From NCBI RefSeq assembly GCF_004010195.1, contig NC_057720.1, forward strand, positions 23,561,105 through 23,625,104: 64,000 nucleotides of DNA, read 5' to 3'. Position numbers and translations under genes: made by a program. Positions 1 through 12,801 of this stretch are shown piece by piece. The DNA is from Chiloscyllium plagiosum. Lineage: Eukaryota. The notes beneath the pieces are model-generated. The model was not told where the DNA came from and searched no databases. It worked only from the letters and a program-made list of their open reading frames with translations. Position 1 is the stretch's first letter, and each line of letters begins with the position of its first letter.

Positions 1-231
1 TATCCACTCCACCCTCTCCTCCCTGACCTATCACCTTCATCTCCTCCCCCACTCACCTATCGTACTCTATGCTACTTTCTCCCTACCCCCACCCTCCTCT
101 AGCTTATCTCTTCATGCTTCAGGCTCTCTGCCTTTATTCCTGATGAAGGGCTTTTGCCCGAAACGTCGATTTTGCTGCTCGTTGGATGCTGCCTGAATTG
201 CTGTGCTCTTCCAGCACCACTGATCCAGAAT
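1..231 (+). mobile_element. Penelope-like element 3' end/pLTR (family A), truncated by window start
   Basis: Near-identical to the reverse complement of 55787-55975, which is attached to a GIY-YIG ORF remnant; contains a hammerhead core. Confidence 0.85.
140..167 (+). ncRNA. Minimal type I hammerhead ribozyme motif
   Basis: CTGATGA-A-GGGC-TTTT-GCCC-GAAA-CG-TC: intact CUGANGA/GAAA/UH core, 4-bp stem II, palindromic ACGT in place of stem III, as known for PLE hammerheads. Confidence 0.75.
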
Positions 232-1936
232 ACTTCTATTTATGTCTGCTCAATCTAACTTTCTGAGTGATGACCATGTGAGTTATTAAATTCAAAAAGA
301 AAAATCAGGAAATAGCTAAAACTTTTTAATATTTTTGATAGTTGAAGTGTGATGCCTGAAATTTGATGGATATAGCCAATCCACAAAACTTTTAAGTATT
401 GATAATTCTCCCATAGCATTGCTGGAAATCAGTCGAGGGCCTATTAAAATGTGATATCTGAGATGTGTTGGTCAAAATGTGACAGACCTTTATAACTTGC
501 ATCATTATATGATATCCTTATAGCAGAGAAAGTTGATTCAAAATTATGGAAGTATTTTGAAATGGTATAGGAAAAAAAGAAAGTTTTGTTTGGTGGCCAT
601 CGGATGTATCCTTAATATGATTCGTAAAAACAACGGAAGGTAAAATGAACATTAGTGTTTCAGCAATAAGTTATTATAAATTGGCATGCAAAGTCTAAAG
701 GGTGGTGGATGTGGACTGTACTGTAACGTTAAAAAAGAATGGAATATATATTTGCAAAAGGAAATAAAAGTGCAGGGTTGTAAGTGAAGAGGAAGGAATT
801 GGGTCTAATTGAATAACTCTTTTAAAGATATGTCACAGCCATAAAGAGTTGAATAAACCCATTCTGTGGTCTACAGTTCCACAATATGGAGTGATTTTAA
901 TACATTACTGTTTATATTGACTGATTTTCCGTATTTACTGACAAAGGAATGGTATTAACAACCACAGATATGGTTGATGCTCAGATCAGATTCCAATATT
1001 TTGCACAATTTGCAAACTAAGCAAGGCAACTAATAAAAGAATATTTAATGCTGATCAAGCTTCTCTTTTGTATCTCCTTTCTTGATTACATGGTAGCTCT
1101 ATCTTCCTTTCATTTTAACAAAGAGACAGTTGCAGAGGTTACTTCCACAGTCTAATAAAATCATGGCCTTAGGAAAATCCAGTTAAACTAATCAATATTA
1201 TTATAGATGGAAGGCTTCAGGCACTACACCATTATGTTTTCCTTGTGCAGTTACGATATTACAAATAAAACCAGGGCTGGAAAAAGTTACTTAGCAACAA
1301 TGATGTGTTCTCAGCCAGCTGGTGCTTGCTATTTTCAGCTCTGAGAGTGAAGTGTTTTTTCTTGCAATAAATCTACATAAATACAGAGTGTCTGCATAAA
1401 CTATTGAGGATCTCAGAGAACATAAAAGCGACCTAAAAAACCTCCCTGCCTGAAAATCATTTGCTAGGTCAGACATACTCTCACATTGTTAATTAGACAG
1501 GACAGCATTGGGTTGGGAGCACTTATATCCAGCTGCTGTCACAAATCAGCTTATCAGCCTCCTTTAAAGTTGGGTATGTATCATAAATAGGAGGTCTAAT
1601 GTGGATCAGTGATTTTCAAAGATCAATGTTCATGAGAAAATAAGTAAGCAGGAAAGAAACAGGGAAGGGGAGAGGTCAATGTGGATTGGAACCACATCAG
1701 TAAAATTTAAATAAGGTCTCTTTGCTAGAGTTTTTCTTTAAATTCCCACTTTGTTAACAAGTAACTATTAATATTCCCTTTCGTCTGGAAGAAAATCCAT
1801 ATGTGAGTTACAGGGTTCTTTCATGTGATATGGTGGGTGATATTTGAAGCTTTAGAACAGTGGGTGGGGAACTTTAAAGGCAGGGATGACAAAATGTCAG
1901 TTTCCTGATGGTGAAGTAAACTTTGGCTGCGGAGTT

Positions 1937-2215
1937 CATAGGATCCCTACAGTGTTGGAGCAGCCCATTCAGCCCAAAAAGCATCCCACCTGGACCTGTT
2001 CCCCTACCCTATCTCTGTAACTCTGCATTTCCCATGGCTAATCCACCTAACCGGCACACCCCTGGTTACTATGGGCAATTTGGCATGACTAATTCTCTGA
2101 ACCTGTGGGAGAAAACTGGAGCACACAGAGGAAATCCACCCAGGGAAAATATGCAAACCCTGTGTCCTTAGTGCTGTGAGGTAGCAGTGCTAGCCACTGA
2201 CCCACCGTGCCACCC
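1937..2215 (-). mobile_element. HE1-like V-SINE
   Basis: Reverse complement starts GGGTGGCACGGTGGGTCAGTGGCTAGCACTGCT (tRNA head) and has the V-domain GCCATGCCAAATTGCCC; homologous to 23239-23556. Confidence 0.85.
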
Positions 2216-2475
2216 AGGGCTATTCAGGAGGGTCAGTTTTGCCAACCGTATCTGTTTTGTATTCATTACTATGCTATGAATAGTCATTAACATTTCACAT
2301 TGTCTACTGGAATTATATTCTTGCGATTGCCAAAAATAGGAAACATGCAATCACAAACCTTACTATAATATATAGGAGTAGTGTACCTGGCAGGATATCA
2401 AACTCTGCTGAGTGCAAACTTTGGCAACTTGGCTCATTCATAATCATGGTATTTCTTAGTGTAAATTTTTTTTGG

Positions 2476-3177
2476 CGTGCAGGTTCATAGGTCCTTGAAA
2501 GTGGAGTCGCAGGTAGATAGGATAGTGAAGAAGGCATTTGGTATGCTTTTCTTTATTGGTCAGAGTATTGAGTACAGGAGTTGGGAGGTCATGTTGCGGC
2601 TGTACAGGACATTGGTTAGGCCACTGTTGGAATATTGCGTGAATTCTGGTCTCCTTCCTATCAGAAAGATGTTGTGAAACTTGAAAGGGTTCAGAAAAGA
2701 TTTACAAGGATGTTGCCAGGGTTGGAGGATTTGAGCTATAGGAAGAGTCTGAACAGGCTGGGGCTGTTTTCCCTGGAGCATCGGAGGCTGAGGGGTGACC
2801 TTATAGAGGTTTGCAAAATTATGAGGGGCATGGATAGGGTAAACAGGCAAAGTCTTTTCTCTGGGGTCGGGGAGTCCAGAACTAGAGGGCATGGGTTTAG
2901 GGTGAGAGGGGAAAGATATAAAAGAGTCCTAAGGGGCAACTCTTACATGCAGAGGGTGGTACGTGTATGGAATGAGCTGCCAGAGGATGTGGTGGAGGCT
3001 GGTACAATTGCAACATTTAAGAGGCATTTGGATGGGTATATGAATAGGAAGGGTTTGGAAGGATATGGGCCAGGGGCTGGCAGGTGGGACTAAATTGGGT
3101 TGGGATATCTGGTCGACATGGACGGGTTGGACCAGGGGGTCTGTTTCCGAGCTGTACATCTCTATGACTCTATGACT
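2476..3177 (+). mobile_element. CR1 (HER1-like) LINE 3' fragment
   Basis: ORF2 C-terminus (LYRTLVRPLLEYC..FWSP..LERVQKRFTRMLPG..RRLRGDLIEV..WNELP) followed by a (CTATGACT)n tail. Confidence 0.95.
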
Positions 3178-3866
3178 GAGCCTCTGTCCACATTGATCAG
3201 CACGTGAGATATCTTAGCCATGTGCACTTTAGCTGTTGATATTAAACTTTAATATTGTTAAAGCTGAAGCGTGTTTGGGCAAAAAGCTTCCCCAAATGAA
3301 TCTGCCACACTAACTAATGCCAGCAAACTCAATTGGGGCAATCAAGCAGGGTTAAATTCAAAAGGGGACTCAACTCAAAAGCCATATTCTGAGGTTGTGT
3401 CAACGTGCCAGGTGAGCCTTTAATGCAAAGCTATCAGATGTGCACATTCTCCGAGTTGTGATGAAAGTTGGTGAATTGCTAAGTGTTGTAGCTCCCTTTA
3501 TATTTAACGTGTGAACCCTGGCATCTGTGTGACAGACAGTGCTTCTGTGATGCTAATAGTCCTACATTGGTAACTGCAATTTAGACATTGATTGCACAGG
3601 AGACATCTGATTAGAAAGCCTGATATTAAACTTTCAGTGTGACTGTCCTCTGCAGTGGCAACCTCACAACAGAGCTGTTGTGACCTGATACCTAATATGG
3701 TATATTTTGTGTTTGAGCTTTATAACATACACCAACAAGTACTATGTTATCAGCTGTTTCAGAGGAAACACTCTTGGCCTTGAAAAGGTCATGGCTTTAT
3801 ATACTAGTCTAGAGATTTGATCCAGCAATCTAGCATGACACTTTTGTGCAGCATTTAGTTGGAGCT

Positions 3867-4045
3867 TGAGAGTGTGGTGCTGGAAAAACACAGCAGGTCA
3901 GGCAGCATCCGAGGAGCAGGGGAATCGATGTTTCAGACATAAGTCCTTCATCGGGGACTCCTCGAGTACTGCCTGATCTGCTGTACTTTTCCAGCACCAC
4001 ACTCTCGACTCTGACCTCCAGCATCTGCAGTCCTCATTTTCTACT
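3867..4045. mobile_element. Penelope-derived fold-back insertion (family A)
   Basis: Inverted arms about 3868-3916 and 3958-4007; 14-bp TSD ATTTAGTTGGAGCT at 3853-3866 and 4046-4059; mutated hammerhead on the minus strand. Confidence 0.85.
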
Positions 4046-4204
4046 ATTTAGTTGGAGCTGCACTGTCAGGGGCACTATATTTTCAATAAAATGTTAAACC
4101 AAGGTTCCATCTCATCACAAAAAGAAGCTCTTGTGATCCAGTGGTTGTGTCCCTACCCCTGACCTTTACATCATTAAGAATCTATACGTCTCAAAATAAT
4201 CAAG

Positions 4205-4550
4205 GGAGAGGCAATAGCCTAATGGTATTATCTCTTGAATATTAATCCAGAAACTTAGCAAATGTTTTGGGAACCTGGATTTAAATCCCACCAAGGCAGA
4301 TGGTGGAATTTGAATTCAATAAAAGTCTGGAATTAGGAGTCTAATAATGACTATGAATCCATTGTCGATTGTTAGGAAAAACTCATCTAATGTCCTTTAG
4401 GGAAGGAAATCTGCCATCCTTATCTGGTCTCATCTGCATGTGACACCAGACTTAATGTGCTTGACTCTTAACAGCCCTCTGGGCAACCAGGGATGAGCAA
4501 TAAATGCAGACCTGGCCAGTGCTGCCCTCATCCTGTGAGTAAATTTTTTA
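4205..4550 (+). mobile_element. tRNA-derived SINE (SlmI-like core) sharing a 3' tail with a LINE
   Basis: tRNA-like head, core AATGTCCTTTAGGGAAGGAAATCTGCC, tail GGATGAGCAATAAATGC; further copies at 17753, 19990 and 28690. Family name uncertain. Confidence 0.75.
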
Positions 4551-4554
4551 AAAA

Positions 4555-4700
4555 GTCACCAAAATAGGTTATCTAGTCATTGCTGTATTGTTGTTTATAG
4601 AATCATGCTTTCTACATGACTACAGTGACTACATTTCTACCACATTGCTGTGATGTGATGTTGGCCGCCCCGAGGATGTAATAAGTGTGCAAGTCTTTCA
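4555..4700 (+). mobile_element. DeuSINE (SacSINE1-like) degraded 3' part; 5' part at about 4055-4115
   Basis: TTATCTAGTCATTGCTG..TACAGTGACTACA..GCAAGTCTTT resembles the Deu-SINE body and tail. Confidence 0.5.
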
Positions 4701-6144
4701 TTCCTTGTAGCAGAGAAACAAAGTTTACCTTAACATTTCGAAGCATATTTTAAAGACTCATCTCTTGGATCGGTCAGCTTCTGGCTATATCCCTCCTTTC
4801 ATAGTTAAGCATCACCTCACAAAAAGTAATTTTCACATGGCAAAATTAATAAAGGATTATCAAGTAGAGGCAAAAGAAAAATGTACTGAAAACAAAATCA
4901 TTAAGCAAAATAAGTCCAACTTAACTTTCTGAGTTGATTGATTCATTGCTCCAACTAAGATTCAATGGCCATTGCCTCACCTGAGGAATTGCAAATGACC
5001 CATGTGTGTGAAATCTTAACTTCATCAAAATCTCTGCTGGGGGATAAAGATGTGAGATGCAAATCCCATGAAACCACTTTGGTTTCCACCGCCACAGGAC
5101 TTATTAGTATTCAAACAAAGGCCAAAAAGTACAGAGTTCTCCTGGGGAAAATTTTTCAACCCTTATTCATCTAACGTCGTCCACTAACTGCCGAAATATG
5201 ACAGGATTACATCTCATTGTGGCAGAACTATAAAAGCAGTTTATATATACATTCATTGTATTGGCTGCAGTTCTTTGACGGCTCCCACTGGCACTAAAGC
5301 ATTCCACTGTTGCCCAGCAGGCTTCAGTCTGGTAAGGTTGTGGTGTATAAAACAAATTATACATCTCATTCATATGCGTACTTTTGACATTTTCTGCGTT
5401 TATTTCACATTTAGTACTTTATCTTAAAAAAAATGACTTTATCTCTTTTTGTTGTGATATAGTGTCACCTCACTGATGGAAGGAAGTATTGCAATTCATT
5501 ATCAAAACATGCAGAAGCGCAGTTCCATGATAACCTGGGGTGGATTTACACCACAACTTTGGTGTTGTTTAGAGGCTGTTTCTGAGTCGTAGTAATGCTA
5601 AAGTTACAACTTAAATCTGTGGCCCAATCTGACTCCAGGATGAAAGAGTGTGAAATTCTCAGTGGGTAGTAATCTCACATCAGTTGGATTTGACACCATA
5701 TGGAGCAACTTAAAAAAGAAGGAAAGGCAAGCATTATATAACGCCTTTCTTTATTTCCTGACATCCCAAAGCATTTTGTGTGCAGTATCAAAAACTGGGA
5801 AAGGACTAAGAGGGAATTCCTCTTTAACCACTTTTTTTGATACTTTCTAAACTTACCTAGAGTTGATTTAAAACTTGTTGATCGCTGACATTATCAGAAC
5901 CAAAGATCATAATCTTGTTTGACCTCTGATACTCTAAAACTTTAATTCCAACATGTGTTTTTTCACAAGAGGATTGCTACATCGAAATAGCTGGGTGTAA
6001 ATTCTGTGGCTATCTGAAGAGGAAGGCTGTGGAATCTCACACCTAAGGAGGTGCCAAGAAAGCTTCAAAGGGATGAATTTAAACGAAAAAAAAACCCCAC
6101 AAATCGAACTGTAATCTTCTGGAAGTAATCTCAGACTATGATCA

Positions 6145-6303
6145 TAGTGGCATAGAAATGTACAGCATGAAAACAGACCCTTCGATCCAACTCACACATG
6201 CCGACCAGATATCCTAACTTAATCTAATCCCATTCGCCAGCACCTGGCCCAGACCCCTCTAAACCCTACCTGCCATATACCCATCCAGATGCCTCTTAAA
6301 TAT
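6145..6303 (-). mobile_element. CR1 LINE 3' tail fragment
   Basis: Reverse complement matches 3013-3170. Confidence 0.85.
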
Positions 6304-9300
6304 AAAAGGCTCAATTTAAAATATGAGTTCACTTGGTCTGGGAGGAAAGTATCCAAAAAGGAGGGGATTCTTTGTTAACTAACCTTATTGTCACCAACTA
6401 GAGTGAAGCGCAGTGGATGGTGGTGGCAGGGGGTGAGTGAGTGAGTCAAGAAAGAGAGTCAGTTCATCCCGCCTCACCCAGGAGCCTGATAATTTGGGGT
6501 ACCTCACTTGGTGCCTTAATAAGTTGTGAAACTTTTCTTGGGTTCAGGCTATAACAACATTGCCACCTCTTATCCTCTAGTCATTGAACTGTGCACTGAA
6601 CTCCAACATGAACAGACTAATTAGGAGCCTAGCTAGGCAGACACTAGGCAATGTAAATCAGTCACAGCCTGGCTGAAACCTCTGTTGTAGATATATCAGC
6701 AACATTTGTAGCAAGCACATTGGTTTCTGCATCCCTTGGTTTCAATTTAAGAGATGGTTGATGCTGTATTTGGCTCAGGTGAGCACACATCTGTTTACAG
6801 AGTATCTGATTTATTGAGTTGCCTCCAATTTTAGCTGCATATTGAATACCTCCCTGAATAGGTTTGACATGGTGACTATAGCAAAGGACCTAATTTTTAT
6901 TCCCAGGTGGGAAAGCAATGCATTGAGAGCGTCAGCAGAAGGCTCAGTTGATTTTAGTGGCCAGGTCTCATTGATATACCACATGTCAACCTGCCAAACA
7001 AAATGGCTGGAAATTCAGTGAGAAGTAACAGGAATCAATTGTGCCAAACAGGAAATCTGGACAAGGCACATGTTTCTGATATATCATAACTTTAGCTAGG
7101 TAGCTTAATTTTATAATTACAAACTGCACAATATATACAAGAAGTTGACAATTTGAGTGTGAGGGTGGGATTTGGGGGAGGGAGGAGCTGAGCAGGTGGA
7201 GAGTTGTAGGAACAGGGACTGTACAAGTGTAGAGTCAGGGTGTAAACAAGCTGTCTAAAACTAAAAAAAAGGACAACTGAGATGACGCTCAATTTTTTAA
7301 AATACAAATACAATTATGCAAACAGATAGTGTGGGGTTAAGTGTGATATAATCAGAGTCCGTGCTGAAAATTCATGAAAACTACTGGTGCCAGATTTCTG
7401 ACCAATAGACTGACCAGTATTCCTGTTGCGTTCAGTATGAATTCTGATCAGACCAGATCAAATACACGAGTCAACCTCAATCTGTTTTCATACAGGTATC
7501 ATACTGGTTCATATAGATTTTTCTCTCTGGCGTAACAAAAATATGAACTGTAGACGGAAGGTTTTGCAGACATAAAGCTTAGACATAAAAATTTTAACAA
7601 ACTATATATCGATATATTGTCATCATTTAAGATTCATGCTGAGTTGTATAGATGACTAAGTTTTCTGCCTCTCAGAGTGACTGTGGATGACCTTGTTGCT
7701 GAGGTTCTTATTAAACCAGTCTTCAATGTATGTTAGGGCAAAATATTACAGCTTTATTACACATATTTAATACAGAATTGTGTCCATTAAAATGCAACAA
7801 CAAAATTGTCTGCTTTTATATTTCCTTAATACTGGCAGCAAAAAATGTATGTAATTTTAAATGTGCTGGAATGAGCCAAATAAAAAAAAGACATTCATAA
7901 TGGTTTTTTTTAGAGCAATGATAGTGAAAATAGGGTTAGGGTTAGGTTTAGACTGCTACTTTATGCTGTATGCGGGAAAATATTCTTTTGTAACATCAGC
8001 TCACTGAAATGAAAATAAATCCGAAATATATTTTTAAAGATAAAAAGTAGTAATGCAAGTTTTCATTTCACATCACTAGTTAGAGTTTTGGCCATTAAAC
8101 AAAGGGAAGCACCTCCTGCACTTCAGACAATGATGTGATTTTCTGAATATAATATCCTTACTCAAGTTTTTAATATGATGGGAGTATAAGAATACCTACA
8201 AAAAAGAGCTGAGTGAGACTTAACTACTTGACTACAAAAAAACATTGAAAATAAATGTCGCAAGGTGAATGCATAACAAATCTACGCTGGTCATTTGAAT
8301 TAGATTTTCCATCAATTGTCTGTGAATGAGTAAGAAATCAAATATGTGTCAGTTCTGTATAAGACTTAAATATATTTCCTGTCACAGAAAATTGTTCTTG
8401 TTGGTTCATTTGAACTATTCATGGAATAAAGGTTAAAACAGCTCATAGTTGCACTCTCTTTTGTTTTTATGCAATTAATCAAACAGAGGAAGTAATGGTC
8501 ATGCATTGAGTTTCTAGTGTGTAAAGTTGAAGAGATTGCTTATGATGTTTGACAGCTTTATATGAGATTTAGTCGGTCTGTGAAAGAATTAATTTAATGT
8601 AAATAGTCTCCTTATGAATTTTTAGCAAGCTGAAACAGGGTGGATTGTGCAAAACTTCAACTTGGACTAATTCTAAAGGACTCACATATGTTGCAATATA
8701 ATCCATTTGCTCATTGGAAGCATTGTACTGATTTATTTAAATAACTTGACAGTTATATAAGCCCTTTCTCCTCAAATTATCTCGTAAATGAGATTTTTTG
8801 TGTGAATTCTCTAGTGATGTGTTGAATTATTTAGTTAACAGAAGCTTATTTATTCTATTTGCTGATACGTCTAGTTTGACAGCATCAGTCATTTGGGATT
8901 GCAATAACAAACTTTACTGCTTTAATATATTTTGAAATTAGGCCTCAATTGTTAATGCCATTACATTTTTTTTTAAGTAAACGTGCCTGCCATTTATACT
9001 TTCAAAAGATTGACCTATTATCTCCTTAATAAAATCTCTGATTTTTCTGTATCTGAATAATAATGTCTCTGAGTTGACAAGTTGTACAATCCTCTTTAGT
9101 CTGACATTTCTGACATTGTAAAGTTTAAATAAATATTTTGGTGTAAAACATTTAAATCTCCCCTATAGTAAAGCACTTCAGAAACCTAAACCCTTTGTTT
9201 GGTATCATATCCATTGCATTTTGAATGATTAAAGTGGTGTTTGATAATAATTCAAATTTCTTTAAGACTTAATTGTCTTAAATTCTCTTTGCTCACAAAT

Positions 9301-9969
9301 TAAATTCAATGGCAAAATTGTGATTATGATGGAATTGTTGGTGATTCTTCTCATAACCATTGTACAGGTAGGGCTTGTAGAACTCTGGTTACGACATTAA
9401 TCCACCTCATCTTATCCCCCTCCTCCTTGGTGGAATTTCCTGTGAAAAGTAGAATCATGTCAATACTATCCGGTTAATCTACTTTTCTAATCAAGCTTTT
9501 GGGCATTTGACCTAATATTGTGCCTCGAATTCAGTGTAAAGATGCACCTGAACAGATTTCTTCAAATTATTGCCGATGTTACACTGGTGACTTTTATACA
9601 GTTGTAACACTACAGGAACAAATTGACCAGAAATAAGGTATATTTCTCAATTTACGTTCCCTTTTATGCCCTAATGTATGGTATAATAAGACAATTGCAA
9701 GGATGCTGACGTGTTAAGCATGAAAAACATGATGAAATTATGTTTTGGGACCTGCCTCCTTGCTCTGCCTGGTGAAGGCATTGGCAAAACAGCACTGATA
9801 AAACTCAAGAAAATGGCACAGGATGAAGGAGTAACAGACAATGATCCTGGGACTTGTCTTCAGGCAAGCATACATTAAGTGAATGAATGAATGAATGAAT
9901 GAATGAATAATCATGCAGTAACAGTCAAACAATCCATTTATCTGGTAGTCCAATTTAAAAATCTGGATT

Positions 9970-11860
9970 CAGAGTTCATAAAATCATAAAACCTCATAAC
10001 GCAGAAGGAGACCATTCAGCCTGCCGTTGCCTTGTTTGCTCTTCGAAAGTTTGCAATTTATTCTTACCCCTCCAGGATTATATTCCCCCTTCAGTCTATT
10101 TTGTTCTCTTTACGTACAAGCTTAATTGCCTTTCAAAAATTCCAATGGAATCTGTTTCAACTATCCTTTCAGGAAGATTTGGCATATTGTAAATCTTAAT
10201 AATTTTTACAAAGATTCTCCATTGCCTTCTAGCTTTTTTGACTGTTATTTTCAACTTATGGTCGCTGGTTCATAATGTCCTGTTATTGATAATGGTCTAA
10301 TTGTCAATTGCTTATCAGGGATTGACTAAATCTGTGAGTTTCTTTATTTAAAACAGTAATACACATTACAAGTTATGAAGTAGGCATTACAGCAAATCAA
10401 CTGATTTTTGCAGGCAGTTTACAAATCAATAGTTGATTTACTGCAACATTACATACACACATGAAGTCTGCAAAGGGGCACTCTATTCAAGGCAAGATTT
10501 GCATGAAGCACAAACCTAATTCAAAAAACACTCTCCTACTTGCAGCATCAAAAACCTCATGATTTTGAATACCTTTATCACATCTCCCCTACCCTGCTCT
10601 AAGAAAATCATCTGATCTTCTCCAATAATTCCACATAACTGAAGTCTCTCATCCCTGGTATTATACTGATAAACAACCTTCATAGCATCTCTAAAATACT
10701 GACTTTTCTTTCTAAAAAGATGGTGCCCAGAATTATAAAAAAATGCTGTACTTAAGGCTTAAAGAGCAATTCATGACGGTTTAGCATGACTTACTTAATT
10801 GTTTGTATTCACTGTTTCTAATTATAATGTAGATAATCCCATAAACTTTGTGAGATTTATGAAAATAAACTTTTTTCTCATTTCTGCAGCTATCTCTCCT
10901 GTGTTACAAAAAAGTTTAGATCTTCTCGCTTCTCCATGCTTTCATCCTAAAATGCATAATTTCACACTTAACCACTGTAAAATGGTATTGCCAATCTATC
11001 TGTTTTTCTTAAGTTTGCTGCTATCCTCCTCTTTATTTTTGTCTTGCCTAATTATGTAACATGCACAAACTTTAAAGTTTCACTCCCCAAAGACTGTTGA
11101 CAGAACTCGAGGTCATTTCCATACAGCAAGAAGAGCAAGACATGGTCCTAAGGGGGCTCCACTACTTATCTAACATCCAACTCTCCAACCAGAAAAACAT
11201 CAGTTCACAACTCTTCTCTGCTCCCCTATTGCTCAGCCAATTACATATTCAAATCATCGCAATCCCCTTATTTCCATTTATGTTTATCCTTAGCGAGCAA
11301 ACCTGCATTCAGAACCTGAACCTGAGTTACAAATCTTCTCAAAACTCACTTTTGTATTCTGTAAAAATACTTGTGTTTCATCAAATGCATTGAACAACCT
11401 TCATTAACCTTCTCCACTACTTCATCAAACAATTCCATTTTGTCTGTCTTTTAATAACTTATGCTTCTCCAAGTGTAAATTAAGTTTTTCTTAGGTAATA
11501 GTCTCCAACAGTTTTCCCAAAACTGACATTACAGATTGGCTTAGGAGAAAGTGAGGACTGCAGATGCTGGAGATCAGAGCTGAAAATGTGTTGCTGGAAA
11601 AGCGCAGCAGTCGGGCAGCATCCAAAGAGCAGGAGAATCGACGTTTTGGGCATGAGCCCTTCTTCAGGAATGAGGGCTCATGCCCGAAACGTCGATTCTC
11701 CTGCTCCTTGGATGCTGCCTGACCTGCTGCGCTTTTCCATTACAGATTGGCTTCTCTAGTTATCAGATTTTTTCATTCTTTTGTTCTGAATAGGAGTGTA
11801 GCACCAGCATCCAGACCTCAGGCATCCCTCCATTCCATGTTAGTATGATCCCAAATGATG
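9970..11860 (-). mobile_element. Old degenerate CR1 LINE, interrupted by a PLE fold-back
   Basis: Scattered antisense CR1 RT and 3' motifs; heavily decayed; boundaries approximate. Confidence 0.55.
11543..11737. mobile_element. Penelope-derived fold-back insertion (family A)
   Basis: Long inverted repeat centred near 11670; perfect 16-bp TSD CATTACAGATTGGCTT at 11527-11542 and 11738-11753. Confidence 0.9.
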
Positions 11861-12194
11861 GTAATAGAGTCATGGAGTCATAAAGTCATACAGTATGGAA
11901 AAAGACCCTAACATTGGACAAATCTAATCCCAAAATGAAACCTGGCTTGATAGACTGTAACTTTCACTTTAGTATTTGTTTACCAAAGTGGCAGGCATTG
12001 AACATATTGACAAGAGGTTATAGATGTCCTTTTAACAAAAGAACATCAAAATTTATCACACACAAAAGGAAAGAAGCAAATTAACTATATTATGCCACAG
12101 TTTACAAATGTCAACAATAAAGATTCAACCCGCTTCTGCTCAACATTTTCATTTTCGTTTGGTCTTTTTTTCCTTCTTTGCTTTGATGGGTCAG

Positions 12195-12801
12195 TAACAC
12201 TGGCGCGACAGTGAGGGCAGGCTGCATGCGGGTAGTGGCAGATATGGCTTCTCCCGGTGATTGAAGGCAGCGGCAGCGAGGCCGTTCTCCCAAAGCTCCT
12301 CAGAGATCAGGGACAGCGGTGCTGGTACTAGCAGACTCTTCAAGACGGCAGAGCTGACAAGGCAACATCTGCTGCCAAAGCGGGATTCGTGGCCTGGTCT
12401 GACAGTGGAGCCAGGGACTCGTGGTTGCAGAGTGAGTGTGGATTCAGCGGCATTAGCAAAGTGATGGCGCCTAAAGTGAGGTGGATCCTATGTCGGTGGG
12501 CCTGGCACAGGCAGCAGCGAGGCAGTGGAGGTTGCCTGAAGGCTAACTGTTGGCCTGGACTGGATCAGACAGACTGATATTCTGAACTTTTTGCTTCTTT
12601 ATTTTTATTATTTATTCCCATGACCCATAATGCTGGTCTGTGTATTTGTTTACTTCTCTAATTTGTTCTTCTTAAGAATTTGGTCTTAAGTGTCTGTACC
12701 TCTGTACTTTTGTATATAGGATGGTGCTGTAATGCTGCGACTGTAAACTTTTCACTGTGCTCCTTTGAGTACTTGTGACAATAAAGCTAATTCAATTCAA
12801 T
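12195..12801 (+). mobile_element. Non-autonomous retroposon with a Rex1/Babar-like 3' tail
   Basis: GC-rich body, AT-rich 3' part ending TTTCACTGT..GTGACAATAAAGCTAATTCAATTCAA. Confidence 0.55.

Noticed and set aside
5271..5331. 61-nt AG..GT-bounded candidate exon with one open frame
   Set aside because: Peptide SLTAPTGTKAFHCCPAGFSL is unrecognisable and no partner exons were found.
7931..7951. TAGGGTTAGGGTTAGGTTTAG telomere-like repeat
   Set aside because: Only about three units; too short to call an interstitial telomere.
9720..9878. Short ORF MKNMMKLCFGTCLLALPGEGIGKT resembling an Ig/TCR leader or a P-loop
   Set aside because: Weak donor, no V exon or RSS downstream, and the GxxxGKT spacing is not a Walker A motif.
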